Positions 38,101 through 49,839 of a DNA stretch of 64,000 nucleotides are shown piece after piece. The notes under the pieces were generated by a model. That model worked only from the letters and a program-made list of their open reading frames with translations. It did not search any database and was not told where the DNA came from. Source of the DNA: Raillietiella orientalis. Its lineage: Eukaryota. The stretch's first letter is position 1. Each line of letters opens with the position of its first letter. Both the position numbers and the translations under genes were made by a program. The stretch is from contig JAYWIR010000006.1 in the NCBI GenBank assembly GCA_036172245.1, positions 3,348,001 through 3,412,000 of the forward strand, given 5' to 3'.

Positions 38101-38773
38101 GAGTGCACAAGAAGAGATGACCGCGGGTCGGTAGCGCAGTGTGAAGGAAAGCAACTGTCTTCTCGTAATAGCGGCTTTGGCGATCTGCTTATTCGATGAG
38201 CGCGCCGTCCACTTCATTGGAACGGAAGTGGAGGAAGGAAGGAAGTGTTATGGCATCAGAAAGTTGCTGGCAGTGTTCTGATAGAGTGTGTTGCAGGATG
38301 GCCACTCCGTTTCGATGATCATTGCAATTCTCCCTCTAAAACATCACGCCCGACTTCAGATGCGACCGGGATGTTTTTGTCCGCAACTCCACACACATTC
38401 GAGAGTGGCCGAACGAGATCCAAGAAAGCAGGATCGGGTTCGGCAAGATCTAGCCAACAGGGTTTTAGGAAAGTAAGACGTCTGGAGGAATCATTTCGAG
38501 TGTCTACGGTGATATCAAGATAAAAAGAAAAAAAAAATGAATTGTGAATTTGTTTTTTTTTTCTCTTACAAAGCCCAGATCGTCGCATAGCAGCGCGCGC
38601 GCTGGAAACGGCGAGACGACAGCTCAACTCACCTCTTAGAATTTGCTGGCAGACGTCACATGCTGTAATCTTGCGATACGTGTACTCTTGGAACATGTGG
38701 AAGTTGCTGTCCAGAAGGGCAGGAGTGGGTTCCAAGAGTTTCTCCTTTCCGTTCTTTCTGAAATGAAATGGAA
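8008..38773 (-). CDS. Stac: SH3 and cysteine-rich domain (STAC/Dstac-like) adaptor, spliced CDS: complement(join(8008..8109,8162..8351,16274..16359,22335..22468,24998..25129,28717..28974,29305..29463,38633..38773)); 5' end incomplete
   Basis: Manual splicing gives a full C1 domain (HMFQEYTYRKITACDVCQQILRG|HTKQGLKCRLCKQNVHAGCKGKAQTC), then LLRRQKSTSDI, APHSPRGQRLNLQMKSFSLDSPE, MNSVELPDDVDKSLSSEASPCTSP, SH3-1 (YAVLYDFKAENPDELDLK|AGCKVTVTDTTSPDWWKGKCLGKTGYFPSRYV) and a divergent SH3-2 ending PAKYLVEI*. All junctions are GT-AG with matching phases. The exons total 1202 nt (~400 aa). C1+SH3+SH3 architecture is diagnostic of STAC. Linker motifs match my recollection of arthropod Stac and were not checked by search. 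Confidence 0.93.
8162..8351 (-). CDS. Stac: STAC exon: second half of SH3-1 and start of SH3-2
   Basis: Acceptor tttttgcag|A GCT GGT (phase 2); AGCKVTVTDTTSPDWWKGKCLGKTGYFPSRYVTKLGPNEKVCQVTHNLQVTDGDSSVKLHRDE; donor GAG|gtaccc. SH3 WW and GxFPxxYV motifs present. Confidence 0.95.
16274..16359 (-). CDS. Stac: STAC exon: first half of SH3-1
   Basis: Acceptor ttgtcttccag|AGC CGC; SRVHRLLPASIYAVLYDFKAENPDELDL(K); donor AA|gtaagt (phase 2, matches next exon). Confidence 0.95.
22335..22468 (-). CDS. Stac: STAC linker exon
   Basis: Acceptor gtctcccgcag|CT CCC TGC; (S)PCSPVQSRHHAFSKSLRMNSVELPDDVDKSLSSEASPCTSPSNK; donor AAG|gtgagc phase 0. Confidence 0.88.
23010..23375. repeat. Degenerate (AGT/AGC/AAT)n trinucleotide low-complexity tract
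   Basis: Runs of agtagt/agcagc/aataat; produces spurious poly-Ser and poly-Leu ORFs. Confidence 0.85.
24998..25129 (-). CDS. Stac: STAC linker exon (3' boundary uncertain)
   Basis: Acceptor ctccgaccag|CT CCC CAC; (A)PHSPRGQRLNLQMKSFSLDSPESRDEGQRKYKNAVGNYASFCQ. Donor T|gtaatc at 24997 gives the phase 1 needed for the 22468 exon. An alternative phase-0 donor GCT|gtagga lies at 25025. Confidence 0.8.
26987..27041. repeat. Perfect 21-bp hairpin, 13-nt loop
   Basis: GCTAACTGATATTTATGAATC-tctccgaaggaag-GATTCATAAATATCAGTTAGC. Confidence 0.95.
27619..27673. repeat. Nested palindromes (19-1-19 plus a duplicated 9-1-9 core)
   Basis: TGACAGGTCCTCACTCTTT-g-AAAGAGTGAGGACCTGTCA (27635-27673); TCACTCTTTGAAAGAGTGA occurs twice. 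Confidence 0.95.
28717..28974 (-). CDS. Stac: STAC exon after the C1 domain (3' boundary uncertain)
   Basis: Acceptor atctttccag|AG CAA GAC (phase 1); QDSAEGTHQVFRQAREWNESRKGVLPRGSPPRSFG...VPNLSSS; donor G|gtctgt phase 1. Two earlier phase-1 donors exist near 28905-28912 (G|gtgtgc, C|gtaaag). Confidence 0.72.
29305..29463 (-). CDS. Stac: STAC exon: second half of C1 domain
   Basis: Acceptor cctgtcttcag|GT CAC ACG; (G)HTKQGLKCRLCKQNVHAGCKGKAQTCHPKTKLLRRQKSTSDIDSRLVNENDD; donor C|gtgagt. Confidence 0.95.
30035..30235. repeat. Degenerate (TCG/TCA/CCG)n low-complexity tract
   Basis: Repeated cgtcgt/catcgt/cgccgt triplets. Confidence 0.7.
31484..31810. mobile_element. Tc1/mariner (pogo/Tigger-type) MITE, 327 bp
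   Basis: TA|CAGTGGTACCTCGGTACTCG ... CGCGTACCGAGATGCTGCTG|TA: 15/20 TIR match, TA duplication, Tigger-like CAGTGGTACCTCG terminus. Confidence 0.75.
32195..33067 (-). mobile_element. tRNA-derived SINE-like element, copy 3
   Basis: Head CCGCGTTGGCG...GGGCTGGAATCTCC on the minus strand (degenerate B box). Body and A-rich tail are homologous to copies 1, 2 and 5. Confidence 0.8.
33207..33754. repeat. 45-bp inverted repeat (42/45) enclosing 458 bp
   Basis: 33207-33251 versus the reverse complement of 33710-33754. Confidence 0.92.
33843..33896. repeat. 14-15-bp tandem repeat x4 (TTCCATATGGC...)
   Basis: CATATG at 33846, 33860, 33874 and CACATG at 33889. Confidence 0.85.
34436..34740 (-). pseudogene. 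Diverged, frameshifted duplicate of the STAC 28974 exon 5' part plus its upstream intron
   Basis: 34436-34561 aligns to ~28865-28991 (shared CTGTCTTGCTCTGGAAAGATCAGCCGT, same acceptor). Similarity continues through the purine tract to ~34740/29250. A 1-nt deletion near 34518 leads to TGA at 34492-34494. Confidence 0.85.
36708..36745. repeat. Perfect 18-2-18 palindrome
   Basis: GGTGCACGCCAATAGGTG-ca-CACCTATTGGCGTGCACC. Confidence 0.95.
38633..38773 (-). CDS. Stac: STAC exon: first half of C1 domain
   Basis: ...EPTPALLDSNFHMFQEYTYRKITACDVCQQILR(G); donor G|gtgagt phase 1. Acceptor is either cttacaacag| (start 38773, phase 1) or catttcag| (start 38757, phase 2). Confidence 0.93.
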
Positions 38774-40577
38774 CTGTTGTAAGCGATTCCAAAGGAAGAA
38801 GAGATCTTATAGTAGACACGTGTGTGTTCCAGAAAACGTTCCAGCCTCGTTGATCCCCGCTCGTTGACAGCAGTTGCGCACTGCCGCCTGGTGGAGCTCT
38901 GCAAGATGCGACAACTGCGCGGCCCAATACTATAAGAAGAAATGACGTCGCGGTCAAGGAGCAACAGAGCGCAGTCACAAGATAATCCGAACGAGGAAAG
39001 TCGAACTCTGACGGTCAGACGGCGTGACTGCCTCCCTCCCTTCAGGGCAGGGAACGCAAAAATTGCGCACAGCCATTCACGTATGTGGTCCATCTCTGAG
39101 GACAACCCTTCCTCCTGTTCTCGTCTGCCGACAGCTCAGGCAACTCCAGCGCACGCGCTTTCGCTCCTCGTCCGTCGTCAGGTGGCGCGGCGCTCTCCTG
39201 CCTCGGCCAGACCCGGCCGAGAAACCCGGCGCCCTGCTGTCTGAGGAGGCTGGGAACGGGGACGGCGGGGTGGTCGGGTTGCGTTGTTCGTCACCGTCGA
39301 CAACTGTCACCCGTTCTGGGGAGGCCGGGACGTCGGAGAAGGTTCGTTCAGTGCGACCGGGATCCTTTTCGTGTAGCTCAATGCGCGTCAGTACCAAACT
39401 TGAAGCCGCGAAACCCTGCGCAGTCAAAAATTGCCCTCAGGCTTCGAGGGTGATTCCGGTCTCTCAAGGAACTGGCCTGAGCACCGCCGGCATCGTCAGA
39501 GCCACGGTGAAGATGACTCTCGTGGCTGATCCACCGATGCATTCTCGATCTCAGGGCCCGAAGTTTCTTGCGCCTCGTCATTGGCCACCTCCGCTGTTGG
39601 TCGGCTCGCCCGGTCAGCGATCGGCCGCCTGCAGACCTCTAGGCAGCAGGAACGGAAGAACGTCCAAGCTTCCTGCCGGGGTCCGCCCTTTATGGGAGGT
39701 CAGCATCGGCGCCAAGATCGCTCGGACGGAACTCGGAACGTTGGTCCTTTGTCTCGTCGTGCCGAGACCCCGTCCATGAACCCAAGTCGATGGGATCTTC
39801 AGGGGAGGGATAAGGGGGAAGCGACGAGCAAATCCTAGAGCAATCCCGAAACGGGCAGCGGGCTCCAGTTAGTTCGGGCCGAGGGGCGATGGAGTTCTCC
39901 GCACCTTCGAGAGGGCTGCTTGCTGAAGAACGATTCCCAGAGGCTGTTGGCTGGATGTTGCGTCGAACAAAGAAACCATTCATTATTCCAGTATCCCATC
40001 ATCCCTGTCTTTGTGTTTATCCGTTGCAGCATCGTCGTGATTTTTTTTTACTTCCTGGGAACTGTGATCGTCATTTTCAATGCGGGAGCCTCCACAATGG
40101 CGGCAGCGAAACTGAAGATTTCCCAGCTTCTCCACGGAAGCGGATGAAGAGATGCATCCGAGAGGTCAACTGCTACATGCAAACGAGACGACTCCTCTCC
40201 AGGAGGAACGCACTTTTCAGCTCCTTCCATCTTCTTCGGTTCCGTTTTCCACGCCTCGGCTTCTTTGTCGTGTTGGATGCGCATCCAAAAGACAATAAAT
40301 TTCGATACTTTCTTTCCCAGTCATGGACTTCAAGGGGAGGTGCATATCTTGAATCGGTATCCCGGATTTTATTTCTCGTGGGACTCAGGATCCTGCAGCA
40401 AAACTGACTTGCATCATTATCACTGAGAACGATAAGGCGGATAGTATAGAGGGCGCTCGATAGCAAGTTCAAAAGAGAACTCGATGGCCTAAGAAACTCC
40501 TCTTGAACAGCATCCTCCAAGTCTTCCGCTGCCTCTCGTGAGGGTGCAGAGCGGCTGAGCTGGAAAAAGATGCTCAC

Positions 40578-40648
40578 CTCTTTCCCGTGTATCTGGAAAA
40601 ATGCCTAGAGGCGATACGCGGGGTTTCGTCGGTGCAAAAATCGACGGA
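40578..40648 (-). CDS. Probable upstream STAC exon
   Basis: Strong donor GAG|gtgagc, phase 1, compatible with the 38773 acceptor. Encodes PSIFAPTKPRVSPLGIFPDTRER, which resembles the PRxRVSPxxIF segment I recall before the C1 domain in arthropod Stac. The acceptor is weak (start at 40648, or up to 40680). Confidence 0.5.
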
Positions 40649-42127
40649 CTATCACGGAAGGCTACCCCGCCCTTGTGCCGCTACCACAGCGGCGGCGGCT
40701 CCCGAACTCGTACCTGCATCCACGGAGGGCTCGATCTCCCGAGTGACTCAGAGAAGACTTACACAGACGGAAAGAGGGAAACAGAAAATGCGAGAGCGGA
40801 TCCGTCCATAACTCATGTGAGTATCTTTATGCGCCTGAATGCTGGTATCCTGCGCTCTTGGATAGCTGTCGCCCGGACAGAATGCCTGCCTGCATCGCGA
40901 ACTCTGGCGGCATTCTTTGCTGCCATCCCTCTCGGCCTGAAGCGAGCATAACAGCCGTCAAGAAAGGGACGCGGAAGCGAATCCATTACGTCCTGTCGCC
41001 AAGAACTTAAGCATTTCGGAGGTCTTCAGCCCTTTTTTCCTCCTCCCTTCTTTCTATTCGGAGTCAGAGATCAAAGTGGAGACCTCGAAACGCATCTCTT
41101 CTACCTAGAAGGCGAGCCTCCTCCGAACGAGGCGAAACCTCATACCAGGAAAACGAACTCTCTACCGGAAGACATCCCAATCAAGGCATGAATGGACCCC
41201 TGAATGGAAGGACGATGCGAAACCCTCCAAAGGTGACGGAGGAAGTTTCGTCTTCGCGCGAATCGAGCGGGGGATCCGCCGGAAGGCTCGCCGCCTGCAC
41301 CCCAGAGAATCCGAGCATCGGAAGGTGGCAGTTCCCGTTCGTCCGCAGCTCAGGTGCTCAGCTCAGTGGCGCCGCTGATACGGGTTGCTGGCGGATGCGG
41401 GCACGCGACGAGATTTCTCTGACACGCGGCGGATTCCAGTGCAACTTATTGGATTCCAAAACTACAGGAGATACCTGGACAAAGTACCCACGTTGTGTTC
41501 GGGAACACGGGAAATTGTTGAAAAGGATCTACGAGCCAGGAAGGAGTTTCAGAGTCCGGAAGAAAAGGGGAGGAAAAAAATGCATTCAGAAACCCGAAAA
41601 TATCGGGGTTTGACGCTGCGCCTCATCCGATTCTCGGGGAAAACATCCGTGCCGATGGAGCGATCCTCCCTTCGAGGTGTGGGGAAACTCTTTCGGTTCT
41701 GTAGGCACCTTGGTCAATGTTTTATGAAGACGATTGAAAACTGTCCCGGCCTGGTGCGGATAAATCCAATATCGAGCTCTGGTCCGCCGGTCTCGCCTTC
41801 CGCGAGGGTGAGCAAATCCATCGAAATTGGGAGGAGAGCGCCGATGAGCGCCGGCGAAACGGAGATGCGAATTGAGATGCGGATGACGGGAAACCCGGAA
41901 GCGCAGGAGAGGTTCGGTGCGCATCGCTTTAGCTCCTTCCTTCCAACCATCTCGCCTGCTTGAGCGCGTCTTCGGGGCGACTTGTGGGCGACTCGAGGGT
42001 GGACCAAGGATTCCTTGGGCTGTTCAAAGAGTCCTGGACTTCGGGTTGCCTTCAGGGTGACGAAGCACAAACCAAGTTTTGCCAAATCGGCTTGAAAGGC
42101 GGAGCGGCAAAATTCCAAGTGCATTAA

Positions 42128-42667
42128 CCCTTTGGGTGAGGAACTGAAGGGACTGAAATACGGACGTTCCGTATTGACCTCACGCGAGTCGCAGTTGCGA
42201 CCTCTGTGGACGGAGCGCTTTCTCGCGTACCGCGTGCTCGATCGAGGTACCGACTGACCACATAAAGTGCTGATTAAAGTTACGCCACATTAAACAGAAT
42301 AGTTTCATTTTCCCCAAACATACAGTATTTATTTAAAAATCACAATTATAATTCCAATAAAATCAATAATTTATTCGGGCGTAGTACAGTATAACAAACT
42401 ATATTTAAAAATTACTATTTAAAACAAACAAATTATATACGACACAACTATAGCATTATGCTATTCTCGGTTTTTCAGAGTCACCTCTCTGAAAAAACGA
42501 CAATCATTGGCCGATATAAATAGAATTTTGTTTACTGTCGTTGCTAAGGAATGATAAGAACGTAAATACATGCGTCCATCTGAAACATGGATAGTACCAA
42601 ATTATGCCGCGTGTACGAGGTGAAAGCATTTGCCAGACGCGTCGATGCGTCCATAGCACTCAAAGGG
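42128..42667. mobile_element. piggyBac-type MITE, copy 2 (intact, 540 bp)
   Basis: TTAA target-site duplication (42124-42127, 42668-42671); TIRs CCCTTTGGGTG / CACTCAAAGGG; AT-rich non-coding interior. Confidence 0.92.
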
Positions 42668-45217
42668 TTAAATAGCTTGCACTTCCCTGTGGGGACGCTC
42701 ATGGTGTCACCCACGTGCTGTTTTTTTTTCCATGCACCTTAACACGAAAATCGCCTACAGTATACGTCATGTGACGATTCTGTTTTTAAAATCTGCAAAT
42801 GAGTTCTAGTTTTTCCAAAAAGATTTTCCTGCCTTAAGTAATTTAAAAAAAATGCAGTTGCTAGACAGCATACAATCTGTCATCTTTTGCTCGACATCAC
42901 ATGTGTGACACCCTGATGTCACACATGCCTGAAAATGGGTTGGTGATAGAAAATTTCTTGACGCTTTCGGAAGAATCGTGCCGGGGGCGGCGGGAGCAGG
43001 GTTCCCAGGTTCACCGGCTCGAACGGCGAACCCACGAGAAACGCGCACCTACTCTTTGCGGTTCGCTTTGGAGGTGAGGTCGAGCACCGGAGGAAGCCCG
43101 CGGAAAACTAGAGAGGAAGAGGGCACCTTCTCAGAGTGGTCTTCGCAGCGTGTCTTTCGGCTGCATTTCTCACCGGCTCCCTTGCGTGGGCGCACGAGAG
43201 CGCCCTAAGAGGAAGGTCGACCTGGAGGAACCGGAAAACTGAGCTCTTACAGGGCTCCGTGTCCGAGACGGCAGATTTGATTTGATTTTAGGTTTTTTTT
43301 TTTTTTTTTCTTTTACTGATGCAATTTTTTTTTCGCCGGAACATCACCGTTTGTCCGGGATACGCCCTACACTGCATCGCGTTCCAAGGCAAAGACGACC
43401 GTCACGTGCGCCAGAACCGCCGAGGAAAATGAGGTGACCCAAATTCAGCTGCCCAAGACGGAAAGCAAAACCCAACGTCCAGGAAAAATCCCTTTTTGGG
43501 GGGGGAGTTCATTTTATAAGGGCGTGAGAGGGTGGGAGTGGAAGAGCCTACGACATGGAGGAGGAGACTTGGAACTCTAGAGCGGTCTGAAAATCGCACC
43601 GGTAAAAAGCACCCTGCACACTTGCAGTCGTCCTCGAATGCACGCCAACAGAGTGCCCAAAGGCCGCATTTCCCCACTTGGTTGGATTGACTGAAGAATC
43701 CTCTAGCGCAGCCGCGGCCCACTCGGTGACCAAAGTCTATGGCCCCCATCATGCTGTCCAAACCACTGCTCTCCCTGAAATATGCGACTTCGCTCGCTCC
43801 TGGACATCGCCAGCTCTGCATCCAGCTGTGCACCTTCGCCATTCCGGTGGCGTCCCTTCCCAGTTCCTATCGGGAGGCATCCTTTCCCGACTCCAGCCGT
43901 CTCCAGACTCGTGCAAGAAGAAATCATGAGAAAATTCGATTTTCGGGACCTTTTCTGCTTTGCCCACACGCCTCGCGTTCTCAGAAACGTGATTTTCCCA
44001 AATCCGTCCGTCACTAAGAGACGGTTGCGTGGATTACTGCTTCAGAAGTGGTACTCCGGGACCCTCGGCTCCGTAAATGTATTCAAGGTGATCATCTTGA
44101 CATCCCGGCTTGGTTTCCAAAGCACTTGCTGCGTCCTATGATGAAGTCAGCTTTCGTTCTAAGTGCCCAGGAGGGTTTCTTAGCTTGTCGATCGCCTAAC
44201 TGAATGAATGGCAAACATTCTAGCAGCAACCATCATTCATAAAACGGTCATTTATAACAATGAATTGCGCTGTTACATAAGACTTTGGTTACCATTAGGA
44301 TCGGAGTCACATTATGAGTTCTGATCAAATGTTCAAAACGTCCAATCACAGTGGTGACTCGTTGTCTAAGGATCCACCATCAGGACTATATCGTCGGATG
44401 CCAGGTGCTCGACACACATAGAAGTTTTGGAGAGCTGAACGGCAGCAAACGAACGAAAGAGTACGACGACGAGATAAAGGGCGACTCTGAAAGAATGCTC
44501 TCCTTCGTTTAAAAATGCGGAATCGCGAGGCAACACATTTAGTGCAGGGAGGTGTTTCTTAGTGCTTCCCTGGAGGCGTGCGCTCTGGTCGTCACGCGCT
44601 CTGGAACGGACCATATTTGGGCAGTGAATGCTCTGCCAGTCCGTCGTAACTCGACGGTCACGTCAGGGCATCCATCCTGGAAAGTTGTCCGAGTGATTGA
44701 TGGCGGATCCAACAGGCGGTATGATTTCGGTCTCCCGTGTCAACACCGGGAACCGGCAGTTCGATGGCCGAATGATAACGTCAGTAAATCCACCTTGCCT
44801 CGGCGTTGAGGAAAGCCAGTCGAAGGTCAGAAGCGGTTCAGCCCAAGGTTGCTTTGTCTTCTTCTTTCAGAAAACAATTAAACAGACTCGGCCGATTTCT
44901 AAAGCGTTGCGAAGCTTGGAGTCCTTATATCTCGCCGGAAACGTCGCCCATCCAGTTTTCTATCGACACTGGAGAGTCCATCCCTACTTTCACATAGACT
45001 CGGTAGCTTGAAAAACTCTTGCGCTCCTCTTAAGCAGTTTCCAAGAAAAAGAAAAAACGCGCAAGCAACTGGGCAGCGAACTACAGTGTGGCAGCAAGGG
45101 GATATATAAAGCCAAACCTGGAAAATGAATCTCAGGAAGTCCCTGATATTTTCATGGTCGGAAAAAAAAAAGAAAATCACTAAAATTCATGGCATGCACT
45201 GTCCTCAGAACGAATTT

Positions 45218-45262
45218 ACAATAATTAACCAGAAAGAACAGTTCTTTCTGGTTAATTATTGT
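45218..45262. repeat. Perfect 22-1-22 palindrome
   Basis: ACAATAATTAACCAGAAAGAAC-a-GTTCTTTCTGGTTAATTATTGT. Confidence 0.95.
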
Positions 45263-48262
45263 TGTTAATTTTCGCACCCACTTCAGTCTCTTCAGAATCT
45301 CTGGAACTTTTGCGATCGTTCATTCATTTACAACACTTTTTCGAGTGGAACAGCAAAGAAATCAAAAGGCGACGTAAACTTGTGAAGACAACGGAACAGC
45401 ATTTGGAGCTGATCGTTCACTTCCAGATGGAGAACAAAGGTTTATCGAAGCTACGGATGAGAGAGAAGGCGTGGTCTTCGAATCGTAATCTTCAGTTTTT
45501 ACCGCCTTCGACGGGCTAAAAGCTCCAGTATGTGGGAGAAGAGACCATTAGCATTAGATGCTTTCCCTTGATGGCGAGCGTCATCCTCGAATTTTGGGAA
45601 ATTCCAAAGTTTCAAATGACTGCTCCGAAGAAGCACGCGTGCTGACGAGAGAGAATGCGCCCACGCAGCGTGCGTGTGCCTTTCCCTCTACAAAGGTGGT
45701 GTCTGTTTTGCTAAACAGACGCAGTGGTGAGCGATCTGACAGTAGTCAAAAATCCAAAGCCACAGTGATTATGGCGTGACTCTGTCGTTTCACAAACGCT
45801 CGCGGTCATCAAGAGAAAAAACACCAGAAAGGGGAAAAAGCGAAAGTCCTTTCAGCTGGACGAGGACGATTGAAGCTGCGGAATTTCCGCTATGGATGCA
45901 ACGAGACGGGAGAGAAGGAGTTTTGAAAGAAAACACCAATGTGATGGGTGCAAGAATACTCGTGGATCTGTGAAAACCATGAGGACAATGCGGCAGCAGG
46001 GTGTCAGGAAGGCAGACATTAAAAAGGGAGCATTAAGGAGTTCAGCAAACCGAAGGAGGAAAAGTTCCCGAATGGAATTATCCAAAGGGTATTCGCCAGT
46101 TCGCAAGAAGCGGCTGAACGCTGCGTCATAGCCCTTTGAGAAACTGTAGCTACGTGATGCGTCCTCAACAGGTCTCCAGTGGTAACGAAGACCTAACGGA
46201 TCCGATGAACTTTCTGCTTTGCGAGTCCCCCACTCACCGTGTTGAGAAATCTTACAAGCAGGGATCCTAGCGAGGGTACAGCAGAGTCCATCGGTGGTTC
46301 CTCAAAACCACTTGGAGAAAAGCGTCTTTTATTTGTGGATGTTGAATTCAACTGCTTGAAAAGCGCCACAAGCAACTCAGTCAAATTCATATCGCGGGAG
46401 TGTTTGATCTTCACTGTGTGTGTGTGTGTTTTTTCCTTTTTGCGGACGAGTTCTCGTATCGGACCTTGCAGCATCTGAAAAACCTTTGCTGCCCAAGACG
46501 TTCCCTGGACAAGCGCTCATGGATCCCTGTAGCAACTCTGAACGCCACTCTAGCCCTGGAACTCCGCTGCCTCGACCGCGAGAAATCGACCCCCAAGGTG
46601 GAGAACGAGAGAAACCACTTTCGGGGCTCCGTGGTTGGTGCTCCCGGGAGACAGCGCAAACGGGAGGGAGATGCCGAATAGACTCGCTCTGCTTGGCTCT
46701 TCCGGACGCGGAACCGCGAACCCGGCGCTTTTATTCCCTGCACGACGGAGGCACGAAGCACTCCGGAACTCGAGAGAAAATTGACTGCTCCGGTTCAGAT
46801 CGGGTCATCTTTGGAGCCAGTTCTTGCATTCCACACTCATTTGCGGAGTTTCCTGCCGCTTTCCCGATTGGCGTTGCCTCTCACCCAGGCTGCCCAGGTT
46901 TCGCTTTCTTCCTCTTCGTTTAACTCAGTGCCCTTCGCAATGCAAGTTTCTGGAGATTCCCGCATCCTTTCCAACTTGCAGAGTCCCCAAAAACTTGCAG
47001 GTGGATCGCCATCTTCGAGACTCCCAGTGCCTTATTCTCCGTATTGCATTCAACACGGCTCACTCTTTTACCACGCCAGCTTCCCCCCTCCCCCAGAGAA
47101 CAACTTCCCCCAGTCTATTCAATTATTCCCCGGTCCGGTTGGAAGCTGTAAGCTTCCAACCGGCCCTCTTGCCGGGCCAAGGCCATTCTCGGCTCAAAGC
47201 AGTCTTGGAATTCCACAGTCCGGCTAACTCGAGATAGCGGTTCTTGAAGACACTGGCTGTTTGGTTTTAGACCACCACTTCATCCAACGCACCATGTGTT
47301 TTAAGGTTCCTGGAAGCAGAATGTAGAAAGCGTCTTTATTGCTTTCTGGTCGAAAAAGAGGATTTTCTTCTTATTGGTAATCTTCGTTTCAAGGAGGAAA
47401 TTCCTCTGCAGATGAAGCCAAAAAGCATTCAGAAAATGCTTTTCGTTTCTTTCGGCTTTGTCCGCTGAGCTCTTATGAGAGTGTTGCTTCAGTCACCGGG
47501 TGTATTATGATAACTTTTTTCATTCAATTTTTTTTTTCCGAGGACATTAACGAAGCCTCAGGAGAGGATCGCGGCGCTAATGGACCTGGCAGACCAATGA
47601 GCGACTAATACGGCGATTTCGAGTCCCCAAAGGTATTAAGATCCGAGTTCGGCAACAAAGAATGATCAGCTTTTAAGTCCCTTTGTCATGGCAACGGCTT
47701 TCTTACTTCGTTCCGTATCTGCAAGTACACGCCTACGCCCCCTTCCCCTGTCTCTGTCCGCCCCTCAGGAAGGAAGACAGAAGCCATCTGGCGTGATAAA
47801 ATGCGGCGGTCGCCGACGCCGTCGTGTGTCACAGGAGATGTGAGCTCTCCTTAATGGGCAGATGAATTTCCGACCGTGGAAACGCTGCAGATTTTCGGGC
47901 CTTCCAGTCGCGTTCGACGGCGATCCGCCGGGAGGGACAACGTCCCAGCAGGCACGAGTCTAAGGAATGTCTAAGAAATCCATGCGAGTCCGGCGGCCAC
48001 TACCTGACACTTGGGAAGCCGCCCGGAAGCTACAAAAGTCGGTCGAAGCGTAAAAAAGAGAACTCGGGGTCCAGATAGTTCGGGATGACATGTTTCGAGG
48101 TGGACTAGAATGGGTGTTTATAGGCGATTGGAACGTGTGGGTTGCTACAGCAGAGTCTGGTTCTCGCTACGTCATTCACACCCGAGAAGACCCTATGATC
48201 GTATTTCTTGCGCTCGCTGACGTCAAGAAAAGAACGAAGCAGAGAAATTTTTCTGGTTGATT

Positions 48263-48425
48263 CGTTCGGGAGTCCTGAGATCTTCCTCTATGGTGTGTGG
48301 AAAGTAGTAGGCCTCGAGTGGTGTTTCTTTCTTGCTGTCCAAGATTAAATCGATTGGAAGGAAACACCACTCGAGGCCTACTACTTTCCACACACCATAG
48401 AGGAAGATCTCAGGACTCCCGAACG
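48263..48425. repeat. Perfect 65-bp inverted repeat with 33-nt spacer
   Basis: 48263-48327 is the exact reverse complement of 48361-48425. Confidence 0.97.
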
Positions 48426-49360
48426 GGTCGTCGGCGCCGTCTTCACAGCACGTTCGGCAGGGACCGAGTTGGCGGCTTCCAGCCTCGCGCGGAGAGGCGA
48501 CGCGGCCGCCGACCGACTGAATCAAAGGGGACGGAAGCGGAAGGTCTCCAGGAAGGACGATGCGAAGAGGAAGCCAAACGCAGCGGCCTTCCCTCTGGTC
48601 CGTGCAGATCTGGTGGAGGCTCCGAAGCGTGGGTGGTGAGCAGGAACCCTGGATGCTAAGAAAGCGCCGTTTGTTCTCAGGGTTTCACTGAGGAAGGAAC
48701 GAGCTGCCCAGAGGGAAGCGGTAGGGCGCCATGTTGGCGGGAACCCGAGAGAATTCTGGTAATTTTGCTTTCTCTTGGGATTTTTCTCGGCGTGGTGCTC
48801 TGCATTATTAAAGAGAGGAAAGCGGGCGGCGAAAAAAAAATAAAAAAGGAGACACGTGGAAACTGCTACAGGTTAGGTCTGCTGGGTTTGCAAGAGATCA
48901 TCCCTGACAAAAGAGGAATAGTTTCTGCTCCTCCTCACGATGGTTTCCCGAGTATTGGGAGTCGGCAAGTGCGCGGACGAGAAAAAAGAGATGAAAGGGT
49001 GCTCCAGGCAGACCGCCAATCTCCACGTATGGCGTGTTGTTCAATTCCATGAACAAGGTGGTGCGCCTGAGATCCTTCTGAGCTTTAAGAGGAGGCTTTT
49101 CCATGGAGTCATTCGCAGGAGACCCTTTCCCGTCCGTGGCCGGCCACCTAAAGCATCGAGCGAGGCAAGGAGCTGCGGCTCCATATGACGGCGTGGTTCT
49201 TTGCCTCGAGGCGGGAGCGAAGACCGCCTGGGATCGTTGTGCTGAGCGACGTTGTTGTGGCTCGGTGAGGTCGCTCGAGGGGTCGGGAAGACAGCGAGGA
49301 CGCGCAGGCAGCAAAACCAAACGTTCGAAGAAGGAGGGAGGGAGAAGAACGCAACCGTAC

Positions 49361-49537
49361 TGGAACTCTTTCAGAAGACCTACGGCTGAGATGCAGCCTC
49401 CTAAGCCGTCCGCGTTCTTCAACCTTCCCTGCAGGTCTCCATGTGCGGGCTGTCCCTGCAGCTGGCGTTCTCTTTGCCTCTCCTCACCCTCAAGTGCAAA
49501 AATCGCCTCATAGGGCGTATCAGACCACGAAGACATC
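49361..49537 (-). CDS. Candidate 5' STAC exon
   Basis: Acceptor cggcctacag|G ATG TCT, donor CA|gtacgg; 177 nt, phase 2 to 2, open (MSSWSDTPYEAIFALEGEERQRERQLQ...LLKEF). Phase-compatible with the 61887 and 40648 candidates. No recognised homology. Confidence 0.35.
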
Positions 49538-49839
49538 CTGTAGGCCGATTTTCACTGTGTCTTAGAGAAATTGACGGATACAGTCACCCCTGATGGTGCC
49601 AGCATCCAGCGAACCCTCTGTCATAGCGGCTGCGTTCCAGAAGACCCGATGCGCGGGGTACGTCGAACCTGGGTGAGGTCGAACGACGGACGAATCAGAA
49701 GGAACGGCCAAAAGGTCATCCAGGTAGAGGGAGCGTCTCCCGACGTTCTGCTAAAAGGGAGTGGATGGGAAGAAGAGGATAGGAGCGGCCAGCAGCAACA
49801 CGAGATTCGAACGAGGTGGCGGCAGCTTTCTGAGATGCC

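Noticed and set aside
40578..40592. 15-nt microexon (ttttccag|ATACACGGGAAAGAG|gtgagc) joining the 38757 acceptor
   Set aside because: Phase-compatible, but the longer reading recovers the Stac-like PRVSPLGIF segment; not excluded as a minor isoform.
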